NCBI GenBank assembly: GCA_965223545.1
Contig: OZ245006.1
Span: 4,928,001 to 4,992,000, forward strand
Source of the DNA: Planctomycetota bacterium
GTDB taxonomy: Bacteria > Planctomycetota > UBA1135 > UBA2386
Length of the DNA: 64,000 nt
Direction of reading: 5' to 3'
Shown in pieces: positions 1 through 10,097 of the stretch. Position 1 is the first letter of the stretch. The number at the start of each line of letters is the position of its first letter. The notes under the pieces were generated by a model that was not told the DNA's origin, made no database searches, and saw nothing but the letters and a program-made list of their open reading frames with translations. Position numbers and translations under genes: made by a program.

Positions 1-10
1 CGCTTCGACT

Positions 11-1444
11 ATGCAACGCGCGGGCGGCCTGGTTCTGTTCGCCGCAGGCGATCCCACGACCGGAACGGAGCCCTGGGTCACCGACGGATCGCCCGCGGGT
101 ACTCGGCTCTTGCTCGACATCGAGCGGGGTTCTGGCAGCTCCTGGCCGAGCTCCGTCGCCGCGCTCGGCAACACCTTCGTGTTCGCCGCGACCGCGAGTG
201 CGACAGGTACCGAACTGTGGTTCAGCGATGGGGCAGTCACGACCCTGGCCGACTTGTGGGTCGGGTCTCTGTCCTCCAACCCCGCGCACATCACGGCGGC
301 CAGCGACTACGCCGTTTTCTCCGCTCGAACGCCGGGATCGGGGAGCGAGCTGTGGCGCACCGACGGCACGCCGGCTGGCACGCGGCTACTGGCCGACCTG
401 CGCGCTGGCTCGAGCGGCTCCGGGCCGCATTCCATGATCCCGCTCGGTCATCGGGTGTTCTTCGCAACCTCCGCGCCGGCGGCGCTCTGGGTAACGGACG
501 GGAGTACGCAGGGAACGCAGCTTTTGTCCGCGGGTGCACCGACGATGCTCGGAGCTCTCGATGATGCAGTGTTGTTCAGCCGCTGGGACAGCGCAACGGG
601 CACCGAGCTGTGGCGATCCGACGGCACGCTGCAGGGAACTCGTCTCCTGCTCGACATAGAGCCCGGCCCGCTCTCCTCGTTCCCCGGTGTCGCTTGGGGC
701 TTCCCGCCCTTTGCCGGAATGTCGGTTCGCGCGGGTAGTCGCGCCTATTTCTATGCCAACCAGGGCGCTGGCGGTCGCGAACTCTGGTCCACGGACGGTA
801 CGGCGCGCGGGACCAGGCCGGTCGCCGACTTGGTCCCCTCGTTGGCACTCCGTCACTACGACGTCGCCGCGGTAGGTTCGCGCCACGTCGTGTTTCGCAC
901 CCAATCTCCCGTCGGCCCGCAGGAGATCTGGTGGTCCGACGGCAGTGCGCAAGGAACTCGATTGCTGGGTTCGTTCTCCCGCGCAGGAGTCGACCTGGGC
1001 TTTGCCGGCGGCCAAGTCGTGTTCGCGGCCTCCGGGCCCAACGCACTCGGGAGTGAGCCCTGGGTTCTGGACCCCGGCGCGCTCGCGCGGAACTTGGGAG
1101 GCGGCTGCGGCGCGTGGCTTCGGGTGGACGACCCGGTTCTTGGCCAGACCGCCCAAGTACGTGGTGGCGCAGTTCCCGGCAGCGCTGGCGTGGTCTTGCT
1201 GTCGGCGCAAGTCCGACCAGTTTCGCTCCAACCGGCACCATGCACCCTGTTCCTGGGCGCGGCCTCCATGGCTGCCTTCGCCGCAGTGCAGGTGCCCCGT
1301 GGCGTATGGTCGACGTCCATGCGGATCCCCGCTACTCCGGCGCTCAACGGACTCCCGGTCGCGGTGCAAGCGGTCTTTGGCCCAGGCAGCAGCGGTCGCG
1401 GCGTGGGCCTCACCAATGGGGCGTGGTTGTGGCTCGGCCTCTGA
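11..1444 (+). CDS. ELWxxDGT repeat (beta-propeller) protein with shared C-terminal domain; probably 5'-truncated by the window edge
   Basis: About 8 repeats such as GTEPWVTDGS, GSELWRTDGT, GTELWRSDGT, GRELWSTDGT. The frame is open to the window start. The C-terminus IPATPALNGLPVAVQAVFGP..GVGLTNGAWLWLGL matches the shared domain. Confidence 0.85.
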   Translation: MQRAGGLVLFAAGDPTTGTEPWVTDGSPAGTRLLLDIERGSGSSWPSSVAALGNTFVFAATASATGTELWFSDGAVTTLADLWVGSLSSNPAHITAASDYAVFSARTPGSGSELWRTDGTPAGTRLLADLRAGSSGSGPHSMIPLGHRVFFATSAPAALWVTDGSTQGTQLLSAGAPTMLGALDDAVLFSRWDSATGTELWRSDGTLQGTRLLLDIEPGPLSSFPGVAWGFPPFAGMSVRAGSRAYFYANQGAGGRELWSTDGTARGTRPVADLVPSLALRHYDVAAVGSRHVVFRTQSPVGPQEIWWSDGSAQGTRLLGSFSRAGVDLGFAGGQVVFAASGPNALGSEPWVLDPGALARNLGGGCGAWLRVDDPVLGQTAQVRGGAVPGSAGVVLLSAQVRPVSLQPAPCTLFLGAASMAAFAAVQVPRGVWSTSMRIPATPALNGLPVAVQAVFGPGSSGRGVGLTNGAWLWLGL

Positions 1445-1669
1445 CCCGCCTCTGACCCCGGGGTCAGGCTCGTCATTCTCGCTTCGCTCTCCGTCGCCGG
1501 AAAGCCAGGTCCGGACCCCAGCGGCAGGATGCGCTCCTCGATCCAAACTGGGTGGGCGTTGGAGAAGGCCACTGGCAGCGCGGTGCAGAGTGGCCGGGCA
1601 CTTCCCCGGAGCGAGTGACCTGGCCCGAGGGCGGCGAATACGGAGTGAAGACAGCGTTTCTCTTCCACC

Positions 1670-3613
1670 ATGCACCGTCGCTCATTCCTAGCTCTGGTCA
1701 TTTCGTCCGCCGTGTTGGTTCCCGCCGCGCGCGCGCAAACCACCGATGTCGTCGGCACCGTGTCCGGCTGGGTCAACACCGATCTCTTGCCCACCGCGGC
1801 GCCGGTGCTGATCCCGCTTGCCGGAGTCGAAGTCCGCGTCGACGGAGGCGCGGTCAGTTACACCGATCCGAGCGGCGCTTTCCGCATACCGCACCCGAGT
1901 GCCGCCCCGGTGACGGTGCACGTGCGGCTGGCCGGCCGCCGCGTCGGGGCGATCGCGTCGGCGCAATCGGCGAGCTACGCGGCCGCGGTCGCGGCGACTC
2001 CCGGAGTGCCGGTCGCGGTCACCGTGTTTGGGCCGTCCGCCACCGGCTTCGAGTTGGCGCAGTCGACGTGCTACTGGGGTATCCACAGCGTGCACGAGTG
2101 GGTGCGCTCGGTGCTCGGCGACCTCCCCGAGTTGGATGTGCTCGACGCGGTGACGGCGATGGTCAACATCGGCGGCGTCTGCGGGGCCACTCACTTCGAG
2201 AACACGCTGCAGTTTCGCGTCGGCTCTGGCTGTGCCAACGCCGCCTACAGCACGGTGATCGCGCACGAATGGGGACACGCATTGGACCTCGCGTTCGGCG
2301 GCACCTCGCGCACTCAAGGTCTGTCGGAGGGCAGCGCCGACATCGTTGCCGCATTCTGGAGTGGTCAGCCGATCATCGGGCACGACTTCTCGGGCCCCGG
2401 GCAGCATGCCAGCACGGTGGCCAACAACGCGACCTACCCGCCGTCGGGGTCCACGCACCAGCAGGGGCAGGTCTGGAGCGGCTTCTGTTGGGACGTGCGC
2501 GAGGGCCTGCGCGCCGCGCTCGGCGCGGTGGCCGGGACGGCGCAGGCCGAGCGCATCGTGTTGGCGGCGATGGTGGCCAACGCCGACGACCAGCCGGCGG
2601 CCGTGCGGGCGGTGTTCGAAGCCGACGACGACGACGGCAACCTCGCCAACGGCACCCCGAACTACGCGGTGCTGGCGGCCGCGGCACAGAAGCGCAACTT
2701 GCCCTACCCCCTGCTCGGCGGAGCGATGCCCGGCAGCTTCGCCGGCTTCGGTGCCGGCTGTGCCGGCACTGGCACCGGAGATCCGCTGGTGCAGATCTGC
2801 CACGCTCCCAACCCGAGCGGCACGCTCGTTGGTCAGTTCGACGACCGGCAGTACGCCGTCGCGATCGATGTGCCGTTGCCGCAGTTTCTGTTGTTGACTG
2901 GCGTCGAGCTACAGACCGCCGCGGGAACGGGCGCGCCGCTGGTCATCTCGGTCGCCGTGCACCAGGACGCCGGTGGCGTCCCTGCGCCCTTTCCCGACCG
3001 GGTCGGCGCGGCGCGGGTCGGCACGACGGAGGGGCTGTACCAAGCGCGTTTCGAGCCACTCGCCGCTCCCGGTGGGCAGCGGCTGTGGGTCGTGTTCGGC
3101 GACGATCGCGTGCTGCGCCCCGAGCTCACCGCGGGGATCGCCGTGCCACATCGTTGGCGGCCGCTGGGCTCCACGACCTGGACCACGGGGTCTGCACCAT
3201 GGGCGGTGCAGGCGTCGTGCTACGAGTTCAACCAGCCGGGAGTGCCGCAGCTGACGACGATCGGCCTGCCCGAGCTCGGCCGCACCTTCGACATCGAGCT
3301 GTCGTTCGCTCAGCGCCGCGCGCCCGCGGTGTTGATGCTCGGCGGCTCCAACACCGTGTTCGGCCCGACCGCCTTGCCCTTCGACCTGACCGGTGCCGGT
3401 GCGCCTGGCTGCGCGGTCTTGGTCGCTCCGGAGCTCACTCTTTCGAGCCCCGCGTCCTCGACCGGGACGGCACGCCAAGCGATCGCGGTACCCGCCGTCT
3501 CGTCGCTGGCGGGACTCTCGTTCTTCGCGCAGTGGCTCGTCACCGACCCGGGCGCCAACCCCCTCGGCGTCGCCCTGTCGAACGCCGGCACCGCAATCAT
3601 CGGCTGGCCGTAG
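1670..3613 (+). CDS. Secreted gluzincin metalloprotease (M4/M36-like) with shared C-terminal domain
   Basis: Signal peptide ending ARAQ; HEWGH zinc motif followed by GLSEG third ligand; ADDDDGNLANGTPN acidic loop; C-terminus AQWLVTDPGANPLGVALSNAG. Confidence 0.8.
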   Translation: MHRRSFLALVISSAVLVPAARAQTTDVVGTVSGWVNTDLLPTAAPVLIPLAGVEVRVDGGAVSYTDPSGAFRIPHPSAAPVTVHVRLAGRRVGAIASAQSASYAAAVAATPGVPVAVTVFGPSATGFELAQSTCYWGIHSVHEWVRSVLGDLPELDVLDAVTAMVNIGGVCGATHFENTLQFRVGSGCANAAYSTVIAHEWGHALDLAFGGTSRTQGLSEGSADIVAAFWSGQPIIGHDFSGPGQHASTVANNATYPPSGSTHQQGQVWSGFCWDVREGLRAALGAVAGTAQAERIVLAAMVANADDQPAAVRAVFEADDDDGNLANGTPNYAVLAAAAQKRNLPYPLLGGAMPGSFAGFGAGCAGTGTGDPLVQICHAPNPSGTLVGQFDDRQYAVAIDVPLPQFLLLTGVELQTAAGTGAPLVISVAVHQDAGGVPAPFPDRVGAARVGTTEGLYQARFEPLAAPGGQRLWVVFGDDRVLRPELTAGIAVPHRWRPLGSTTWTTGSAPWAVQASCYEFNQPGVPQLTTIGLPELGRTFDIELSFAQRRAPAVLMLGGSNTVFGPTALPFDLTGAGAPGCAVLVAPELTLSSPASSTGTARQAIAVPAVSSLAGLSFFAQWLVTDPGANPLGVALSNAGTAIIGWP

Positions 3614-3693
3614 ACGTACGGTGTGGCTCGATTGGGTCTTCAGGGATTCGTGTGGGTTGCGACGCGCTCCCTCGACCGGAGGATCGCGAGCCA

Positions 3694-4167
3694 TCAAGCG
3701 TCTTCGACCGATGTTCGTGTCGCGACATCAATCGGGCTTGGCCCATTCCCGAGGATGTGCTTCAGCATGCGTCGAAGCTCGCGTACTTCGGCCTTCGACA
3801 ACCCGCGAAGGTAACGCTCGTTGATTCGCTTGTTCGCGTCGAGGAGCGCCTTCGCGACACGCCTTCCCGCCGGTGTCAAGCGGATCGTGAATGAGCGCCG
3901 ATCTTCAGGGTTCAGATCCCGCTTAGTGAGAGATTTCTCCGTCAGACGGTCCAGGGCTCGCGTGACCACGGACCGGTCAATCTCGCCATAGCGAGCGATG
4001 TCGGATGGAGTCTCTACGCCACCGGAGTGAAGCGATGCGAGCACTACCCACTCGGTGATCGTGACGCCATGTTCCCGGAGCTCGGCATCGAACTCTCGGC
4101 GCATCATCCCGAACACTTGTGCGAAGAGACGTCCTGTGGCGTCGTGCAGCGTGTAGTCAGACGGCAT
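3694..4167 (-). CDS. MarR family transcriptional regulator
   Basis: GVTITEWVVL...TPSDIARYGEIDRSVVTRALDRL..K...DRRSFTIRLTPAG winged-helix signature; ATG at 4167 chosen as start. Confidence 0.9.
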   Translation of the reverse strand: MPSDYTLHDATGRLFAQVFGMMRREFDAELREHGVTITEWVVLASLHSGGVETPSDIARYGEIDRSVVTRALDRLTEKSLTKRDLNPEDRRSFTIRLTPAGRRVAKALLDANKRINERYLRGLSKAEVRELRRMLKHILGNGPSPIDVATRTSVEDA

Positions 4168-4257
4168 TGCGGGCTGTGGCTCCTGTTGAGCGCCAAGCAT
4201 CCATGCCCCTCTGTCGTGGTGTTCGAGTCACTTGGATCACCGGGGCTGCCCCTTTGG

Positions 4258-4851
4258 TCAGGACATCTTCGAGAGCTTCTCTTCACCGAGGATCTGGATG
4301 AGCGCCGTGCCGGCCTCTGAACTCCAGTCCTTGGCGAGCTCTGCGATCAGCGCGTTCGTGGTCGTCAGGTACACCCCACCCTGCTCCATCTGGCGGAACG
4401 CGATCTCGTCCGCCAGCTTCGTGGGCGAACCGGAAGCGTCGAGAACAGCCTTCACGCCGTAGCCCTCTTCGACCGCGCTGATCGCCGGCGGCGCCAAACA
4501 GACGTCCGTGGTTACGCCGGCCATGATGAAGTTCTTCCTGCCCGTCTTCTTGGCCGCACCAGAGAAGTCCGGGTCCTTCCAGCAGTTGACGGTTCCGCCA
4601 CGCTTGATCCTGGCCGCATACTCATCGGGCAGGATCTCCTGCAGCTGCGGCATGAGCGCGCCCTGCGGAGCGTCCTCCATGCTGCTCGTGAGCACCACGG
4701 GCATGCCGATCGCCTTGGCGGCCTTGGCAAGGATGATGGCGTTCATCTCCATCTCCTCGAGCGAGACGGAGCGCACCCAGCCCATCGTGCCGACCTGGTG
4801 GTCGATGAGGAGCATCGCGGAGTTGTCCGGAGTGAAGTCTTGTTGGGTCAT
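4258..4851 (-). CDS. Isochorismatase family cysteine hydrolase (YcaC-like)
   Basis: LLIDHQVG and AGVTTDVCL motifs, DASGS; 197 aa. Confidence 0.9.
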   Translation of the reverse strand: MTQQDFTPDNSAMLLIDHQVGTMGWVRSVSLEEMEMNAIILAKAAKAIGMPVVLTSSMEDAPQGALMPQLQEILPDEYAARIKRGGTVNCWKDPDFSGAAKKTGRKNFIMAGVTTDVCLAPPAISAVEEGYGVKAVLDASGSPTKLADEIAFRQMEQGGVYLTTTNALIAELAKDWSSEAGTALIQILGEEKLSKMS

Positions 4852-4883
4852 GGTGGTCCTTCCTGTGTTCGTTCGGGGGTTGA

Positions 4884-5630
4884 TCAGGTTGACTTGTGGG
4901 AGCGTTTGGATTCGGCCATGGAAAGGTCGAAGACGAGCAGCTCGGCGCCGGCTTCGGCCGCGATGGCAAGAGACTCTGCTTCAAGGGAAGCGAAGGCGTC
5001 GCCCTTTTGGAGAACCTCATCCTCGACGCGGGCCTCGCCTTCGATTGTGAAGACGTAGGCGCCGTTGTCCGGTGAACGCATGGGGTAGCGCAGCTTCTCG
5101 GCTTGTTCAAACAGCGCGTAGCTCAGCCAGACGTCCTGCTGGACGATCAAGCTCTCACCCTCACCGTCGGGCGACAAGATCAGGGCCAGACGGTTCGTGT
5201 AGGTTGCGGGGTCAAGCTGGCGTTTGGAGTACGCGGGATCGAGGCCGCGTTCCCGCGGCCTGAACCAGATCTGGAGGGCGTGCATCTCCTCGTCGGGCGA
5301 GTGGTTCTCTTCGTTGTGAACAATGCCCGTGCCCGCGGTGATGATCTGGACGCCCTTCGACCGGAGCGTTCCCGTGTGCGCCGGTTCGTTGGGGTCGATG
5401 TGCCTCACTTCGCCATCGACGAGGAAGGTCACGACCTCGACATCCTGGTGCGGGTGAAAGCCAAAGCCCTTCGCTCCGGGAGAGAGGACCGCGTCGTCGA
5501 TGGTGATCAGCGGTCCGAATCGTCGCCGGTCCGGAGCCAGGTGGGGCTTGAAGGACAGGAAGGCCGTCATGAAGCCGAAGTCTGCTTGCTGACGCGTCTG
5601 CGCTCGGTGGATGAAGGTGCTGTTCGCCAT
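4884..5630 (-). CDS. Pirin family protein
   Basis: GFGFHPHQDVEVVT, TAGTGIVHNE and LQIWF cupin iron-binding motifs; ATG at 5630. Confidence 0.9.
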   Translation of the reverse strand: MANSTFIHRAQTRQQADFGFMTAFLSFKPHLAPDRRRFGPLITIDDAVLSPGAKGFGFHPHQDVEVVTFLVDGEVRHIDPNEPAHTGTLRSKGVQIITAGTGIVHNEENHSPDEEMHALQIWFRPRERGLDPAYSKRQLDPATYTNRLALILSPDGEGESLIVQQDVWLSYALFEQAEKLRYPMRSPDNGAYVFTIEGEARVEDEVLQKGDAFASLEAESLAIAAEAGAELLVFDLSMAESKRSHKST

Positions 5631-5648
5631 GGCCGGGCCCTCGTGGAG

Positions 5649-5681
5649 ACTATTGATAGTGCAAATAATGGAGAGAGTCAA
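5649..5681 (-). promoter_or_regulatory. Putative sigma70 promoter (TTGACT-N17-TATCAA) overlapped by the palindrome ACTAT-TG-ATAGT, a candidate MarR operator
   Basis: AT-rich patch upstream of pirin: -35 at 5676-5681, -10 at 5653-5658, inverted repeat at 5649-5660. Confidence 0.5.
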
Positions 5682-5886
5682 GTATCTGTGGAGATCCTCA
5701 ACGACGTCACCTTCCAGTTCCGTCTGGTGCGAGACAACCCGAGTTGTCGTGCACGAGCCGTCTACTTCGAGCAGCAACTGCGTAGCCGCAAGGACAGCCT
5801 CAAGCCACTTCGTGCTCAGCGATCGACTCGCAGGAGCCTTGCTCGCTCTCCCACCTCGGAGCTCCAGGGCCGCCCAGCCTTCTGCC

Positions 5887-6957
5887 GACTCTTCAGGAGA
5901 GCAGGCAGCGCGCTGAAGGAAGCGTCCGGTGAGTTTCGCGGATGTGCGACCGCGACCTCTACGCGACGATTCTCGGCCTCACGGCGCCTTGGAGAGTGAC
6001 TGATGTTGAGCTCGATGCAAAGCTCGAGTTGGTGGCTGTGAGCGTTGAGGCCGAAGGTCGCTCTGCGCTGGTGTGCCCGGAGTTGGCGAATCGCGCCCTG
6101 GCTACGACACGCGGCAGCGGCGTTGGCGCCACCTCGACACCTGCCAGTACCAGGCCTCCTCGTGGCTCAGGTCCCGCGCATCAACACGACCGCTGTAGCC
6201 CGGCGCCTCGGGCTAACCTGGGACGAGGTGGATGGGATCATGCAGCGCGCGGTGGCTCGCGGCCTGGCTCGACGAGAGCCGCGTGTGTTGCGCGCGGTGG
6301 GCGCCGACGAGACCTCGTTCCAGAATCGCCACGAGTATGTGACGGTCGTCACGGACCTGGACAGCTCGAACGTGGTGTATGTCGCCGACGACCGCAAGAC
6401 GAGCTCGCCCGACGGCTTCTACGCCACGTTGACACATGACTAGCTCGATGCGATCAGATCGTCGCGATGGACATGTGGAAGGGCTACATCTCGTCGACGC
6501 GCAAGCACGTGCCCGCTGCCGACGAGAAGATCTGCTTCGATCGGTTCCACGTCGCGAAGGCGCTGGGTGACGCGCTCGACATCCTGCGTCGTCTCCGTTT
6601 GAGGATAGCGCGTGCGTGGCCCATCAAAGAGGCGGCGGCCAAGCCGTGGCACTACGTGCGTCGAGGCTGGGCCGAGAAGGCGTGGAGGAAGTGGATCGGC
6701 TGGGCGATGCGCAGCCGGATCGAGCCGATCGAGCGCGCCGCCGGCACGATTCGCAACCACCTCTGGGGCATCGTGAACGCCGTCGCGCTGGCGTCATCGA
6801 CGCCACCGCCGAGTCCATCAATGCGAAGATCCAACGCGTGAAGGCGGCCGCGTGCGGGTTCCGCAACCGCGAGCGTTTCGGGGCCGCGATCATGTTCCAC
6901 CTCGGAGGCCTCGACCTCTATCCCGCCTCAGTTATCCACACGAAAGCCTGGAGCGCC
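5887..6957 (+). mobile_element. Degenerate ISL3-family insertion sequence remnant
   Basis: Transposase fragments lie inside. Imperfect terminal IRs GACTCTTCAGG (5887) and CCTGGAGCGCC (6947-6957) match at 8/11; no target duplication seen. Confidence 0.75.
5942..6930 (+). pseudogene. ISL3 transposase pseudogene (frameshifts, in-frame stop, internal deletions)
   Basis: Pieces in different frames: LYATILGLTAPWRV, WRHLDTCQY, GADETSF..HEYVTVVTD, MDMW..Y, DRFHV, AESINAKIQ..K..ACGFRN. TAG at 6441-6443. Confidence 0.85.
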
Positions 6958-6991
6958 GCTCGGTTTTCTCGCTTCGCGCGAGGGTCTCGTC

Positions 6992-9988
6992 CTATCCGCG
7001 GAAATCGACGGCAACCCGATCGACTTGGATTTGCTGCGTGAACGTTCGATCGAACAGAATGACAAACCTGTAGGCGTTGCCGCGATCAGCGTTCAGGCTG
7101 GCCGTTGGGCCGCCGACGTATTGCCGCCAGGGTCCGATGCTGGCCGGGTCGACAACGCCGGTCGCCGGGTCGAGCGTGGCAGCTTGCACGAAGAAATGGA
7201 CACTGCCGCGGTTTGCCAGCTGACCACACGTAGGGTCGTCGCTCAGCGCGTACTTGACTCCATTCACGGTGGCGTCCACGCGATAGCGGATCCACTCCGC
7301 GACCGGAAGCGCCCGGCCAGTCCAATACCAATTGGACTGGCACGCCACCTGAACGTCGATCTCGGCCAACGTCCCGATGCTGTTTGCCGACGCCGCCGGG
7401 ATCGCGGTGCCGACGACTGAAATCGGTGGGCTGGGTTGCGGCACCTCGACTCGCACCAGTCCGGCTGCGCCATCGCCGCCTTGGATCGTGGCCAGATAGA
7501 CGATTTGGTCGTCGAACAAGCCGCCGGCGCCACCGCTCGTGTCGATCAAGCCAGCCAACGAGGCGGTGCCGCCCGTCTGAACCAGCACGCTACCACCCGA
7601 GCCGCCTCCGCCCGTGGCGACCGGGGGACTGCCGAGCGGTCCCCTCCCACCGTCGCTACCCTTGGCCTCGATCGCGCCACCGAGTGACATGCCGACCCTG
7701 TGGCCACAGCGCAAGGTGAAAGCGCCTCCGCCGCCTCCGCCGGCAGCCCCGGGTTTCCACACCGGAGGAGTGCCGCGTAGCGAGAAGTGCGGGTGTGAGC
7801 CGCCGCCTCCGCCGCCAGAGCCACCGATGACGAAGTGCTCACTTGAGAGCGTGCCTGCCGGAACCGGGTGTGCGTTGAAGGCAACTCCACCGGCACCATC
7901 GGGGCCTACTTCGCCCGAACCGCTGAACACGGCGCGCCCGTTGGCACCTGCGACATCAAACCCACCGCCACCGCCGCCCGCGGCGATCTGGCCGGAGAAC
8001 TGTCCCGCCTGGATCGCATACGTGACCGAGCTGTCCAAGCCGTCGGTGGGAAACTGGTGGGAGCCGCGTCCCCCGGTTGTCGGGGCACGTCCCACGTACG
8101 CGTGACGGGCGGGGAGGACGACGTCGGCGCCGGGCTGGCCATCGAACGCCGCGGTGTGACCCTGTCCGCTTCCCGCCCGGGCTCCGCTCCCTCCACGCGC
8201 TCCTCCCGGTCCACTCCCTCCGCCGGCTTGACCGGCCGAGGCGCCACTCGCCACCGGTACCGGTGGCGCGTTGAGCTCGACTCGGCCGTCGATCTGTGCT
8301 TGTCCCCGCACCAGAACCCGCACCGGGTTGCTACCGACGAAGCGCACCGTGATGCCAGTCGGCACGTCGAAGCGAGCGAACTCGAAGTTGCCGTCAGTGA
8401 CCGTGATGTCCTGACCGGTCAGCGTGCGGGCGCCGGGAATCGTCTGTCGATCGGTGCTCCATTCGTACACCGCGGCGCCGGGAGTGCTGCTCACCAGAGC
8501 GCCGTCCGATGGGACGAAGGCGCCCAGCAGCCCGCTTCCACCGATGGTGCCTGGCAGCGCGGCCCCGCCGATCCATGCTCCCGAAGAGGCCGCTCGGTCG
8601 AGGTTGCCCTCGTCGTCGAACTCCTCGACCAGAGTTGTCAATACGGGGTTTTTGATCACGGTCTTGACTCCGTTGGTCGTGACGACACCGGCAGGATTGG
8701 CAAGCGGTTCGAAGATCACGAGCTGATCGAACACAGCGGCACCGGCGAGGGCCGGGTTGGCAGGTACGTTTTGCGTGAGAGTGATGCGGGATCCCGTGAT
8801 CGACGCGAACGGGGTTACCAGGTCGCCGCTGACCAGAAGCGTGCAGCCGGGTGCGCCGATTGGGTCGAGCGAGAACGGCAAGGGCACGGAACCCCAGGTC
8901 TGGTCCGAGCCGCCCGCAAGCCAAGCCCCGATGCGCGGAGCCGGGAGGTTGTCGCCGATGATGGTTCGAGGTTGGCCCGGGGTCGCCGTGCTCGCTGACA
9001 GCAGGGGCCGTGGTGGCGATCCACATGCGCTGCCGAAAGTGGCAGTCGTCGAGGTGCCACTTGTCCAAGTTTCGCTCGTGGTTCCAAGAGGCGGTGCTCC
9101 GGAGAATGCCACGGCATAACCCGCGCTGAACTGGGCCATCCCCTTGCCCCGATTCCCCGCGTGTAGAGGCCACCCCGCCGCCCAGTTCGTGCCGTCCCAC
9201 TCCCAGTCGAAGAGGTTGGTCGCGCCGGTCAAGACGATCCGTTGGCGAACGGGCGAGTACGCCATCGCCAATCCCCCGACGGCTCCCGGTCCGCGCCGAG
9301 TCGGAACCATCTGCGTCCACGTGACGCCGTCCCACTCCCAGGTATCCGAGAGTACCGTGCCACCTGATTCGCCGCCATGCAGCACGACGCGGCGTCTGAT
9401 GGGGTCGTACGCCATCGCGTGGTTGTATCGCGGCGGCGGGGATTGGGCCGGAGTCTGCGGGTTCCAGGTCTCGGCCTGCCAAGTCCAGGTGTCACCCAAG
9501 GACATCCCAAGCGCAGTGTTGCCGCCAAACAGCACGAGTTCGCCGCGGCTTTGGTCCCAAGTCACGGCCGCCCGTTCGCGCTTTGGCATGACGGACGATG
9601 AGAATCGACTTGTCGTCGGTCGCCAGGCGCCCGACTTGAATACCCAAAGGTCTCCGAGAAGGCCGCTTCCGTTGCTTCCGCCAACCATGAAGACAGAAGT
9701 TGGGCTGGCCGCCATGGCGTGACGCCTGCGCGCAGCAGGCGCGGGGTTGGTCGACGGGGTCACCAGGCTCCAGTGGTTGCCATCCCAGATCCACGTGTCG
9801 GCAAGCCAACTGGTCGTGTTCGCGCCACCGAAGAGGACGCCGAACCCGAGGCCCGGGTGGCCGGCCATGGCGTAGTCGTCTCGAATCGAAGGCGCGACGG
9901 GCGTTGCCGCTGGCACCCAACGCGGTTGTGCGCTGAGTGCCGTTGAGGCTGCGGCGAGGAACAGGGCGGCAAAGAACGGCGATCGCAC
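6992..9988 (-). CDS. Secreted Kelch-type repeat protein with internal shared domain and Gly-rich region (paralog A)
   Basis: GTG start giving signal peptide ..STALSAQ; LFGG..DTW.WDG..W repeats; GGGGGG-rich C-terminal half; ends VDRVAVDFRG. Confidence 0.8.
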   Translation of the reverse strand: MRSPFFAALFLAAASTALSAQPRWVPAATPVAPSIRDDYAMAGHPGLGFGVLFGGANTTSWLADTWIWDGNHWSLVTPSTNPAPAARRRHAMAASPTSVFMVGGSNGSGLLGDLWVFKSGAWRPTTSRFSSSVMPKRERAAVTWDQSRGELVLFGGNTALGMSLGDTWTWQAETWNPQTPAQSPPPRYNHAMAYDPIRRRVVLHGGESGGTVLSDTWEWDGVTWTQMVPTRRGPGAVGGLAMAYSPVRQRIVLTGATNLFDWEWDGTNWAAGWPLHAGNRGKGMAQFSAGYAVAFSGAPPLGTTSETWTSGTSTTATFGSACGSPPRPLLSASTATPGQPRTIIGDNLPAPRIGAWLAGGSDQTWGSVPLPFSLDPIGAPGCTLLVSGDLVTPFASITGSRITLTQNVPANPALAGAAVFDQLVIFEPLANPAGVVTTNGVKTVIKNPVLTTLVEEFDDEGNLDRAASSGAWIGGAALPGTIGGSGLLGAFVPSDGALVSSTPGAAVYEWSTDRQTIPGARTLTGQDITVTDGNFEFARFDVPTGITVRFVGSNPVRVLVRGQAQIDGRVELNAPPVPVASGASAGQAGGGSGPGGARGGSGARAGSGQGHTAAFDGQPGADVVLPARHAYVGRAPTTGGRGSHQFPTDGLDSSVTYAIQAGQFSGQIAAGGGGGGFDVAGANGRAVFSGSGEVGPDGAGGVAFNAHPVPAGTLSSEHFVIGGSGGGGGGSHPHFSLRGTPPVWKPGAAGGGGGGAFTLRCGHRVGMSLGGAIEAKGSDGGRGPLGSPPVATGGGGSGGSVLVQTGGTASLAGLIDTSGGAGGLFDDQIVYLATIQGGDGAAGLVRVEVPQPSPPISVVGTAIPAASANSIGTLAEIDVQVACQSNWYWTGRALPVAEWIRYRVDATVNGVKYALSDDPTCGQLANRGSVHFFVQAATLDPATGVVDPASIGPWRQYVGGPTASLNADRGNAYRFVILFDRTFTQQIQVDRVAVDFRG

Positions 9989-10097
9989 GAATGGCAAGAG
10001 GGCTCTCCTCGGCTGCGGAGCCGCGGAACTCGGGGCACCAGTCGATACGGCCGGGATGGGGCGGAGTAAACGCCTGGACCGGCTTCCTTGCTCGGTC

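Noticed and set aside
3245..3613. Interpreting the shared C-terminal domain as PEP-CTERM, LPXTG or a T9SS CTD
   Set aside because: There is no TM helix plus basic tail and no YPNP-type or terminal K-x-x-K T9SS signature.
5688..5886. Short + strand reading frame (VEILNDVTFQFRLVRDNP...) upstream of the IS
   Set aside because: No recognisable motif or clear start; it could be a gene remnant but cannot be supported.
5879..6965. Target-site duplication around the ISL3 remnant
   Set aside because: The flanks CTTCTGCC and GCTCGGTT do not match.
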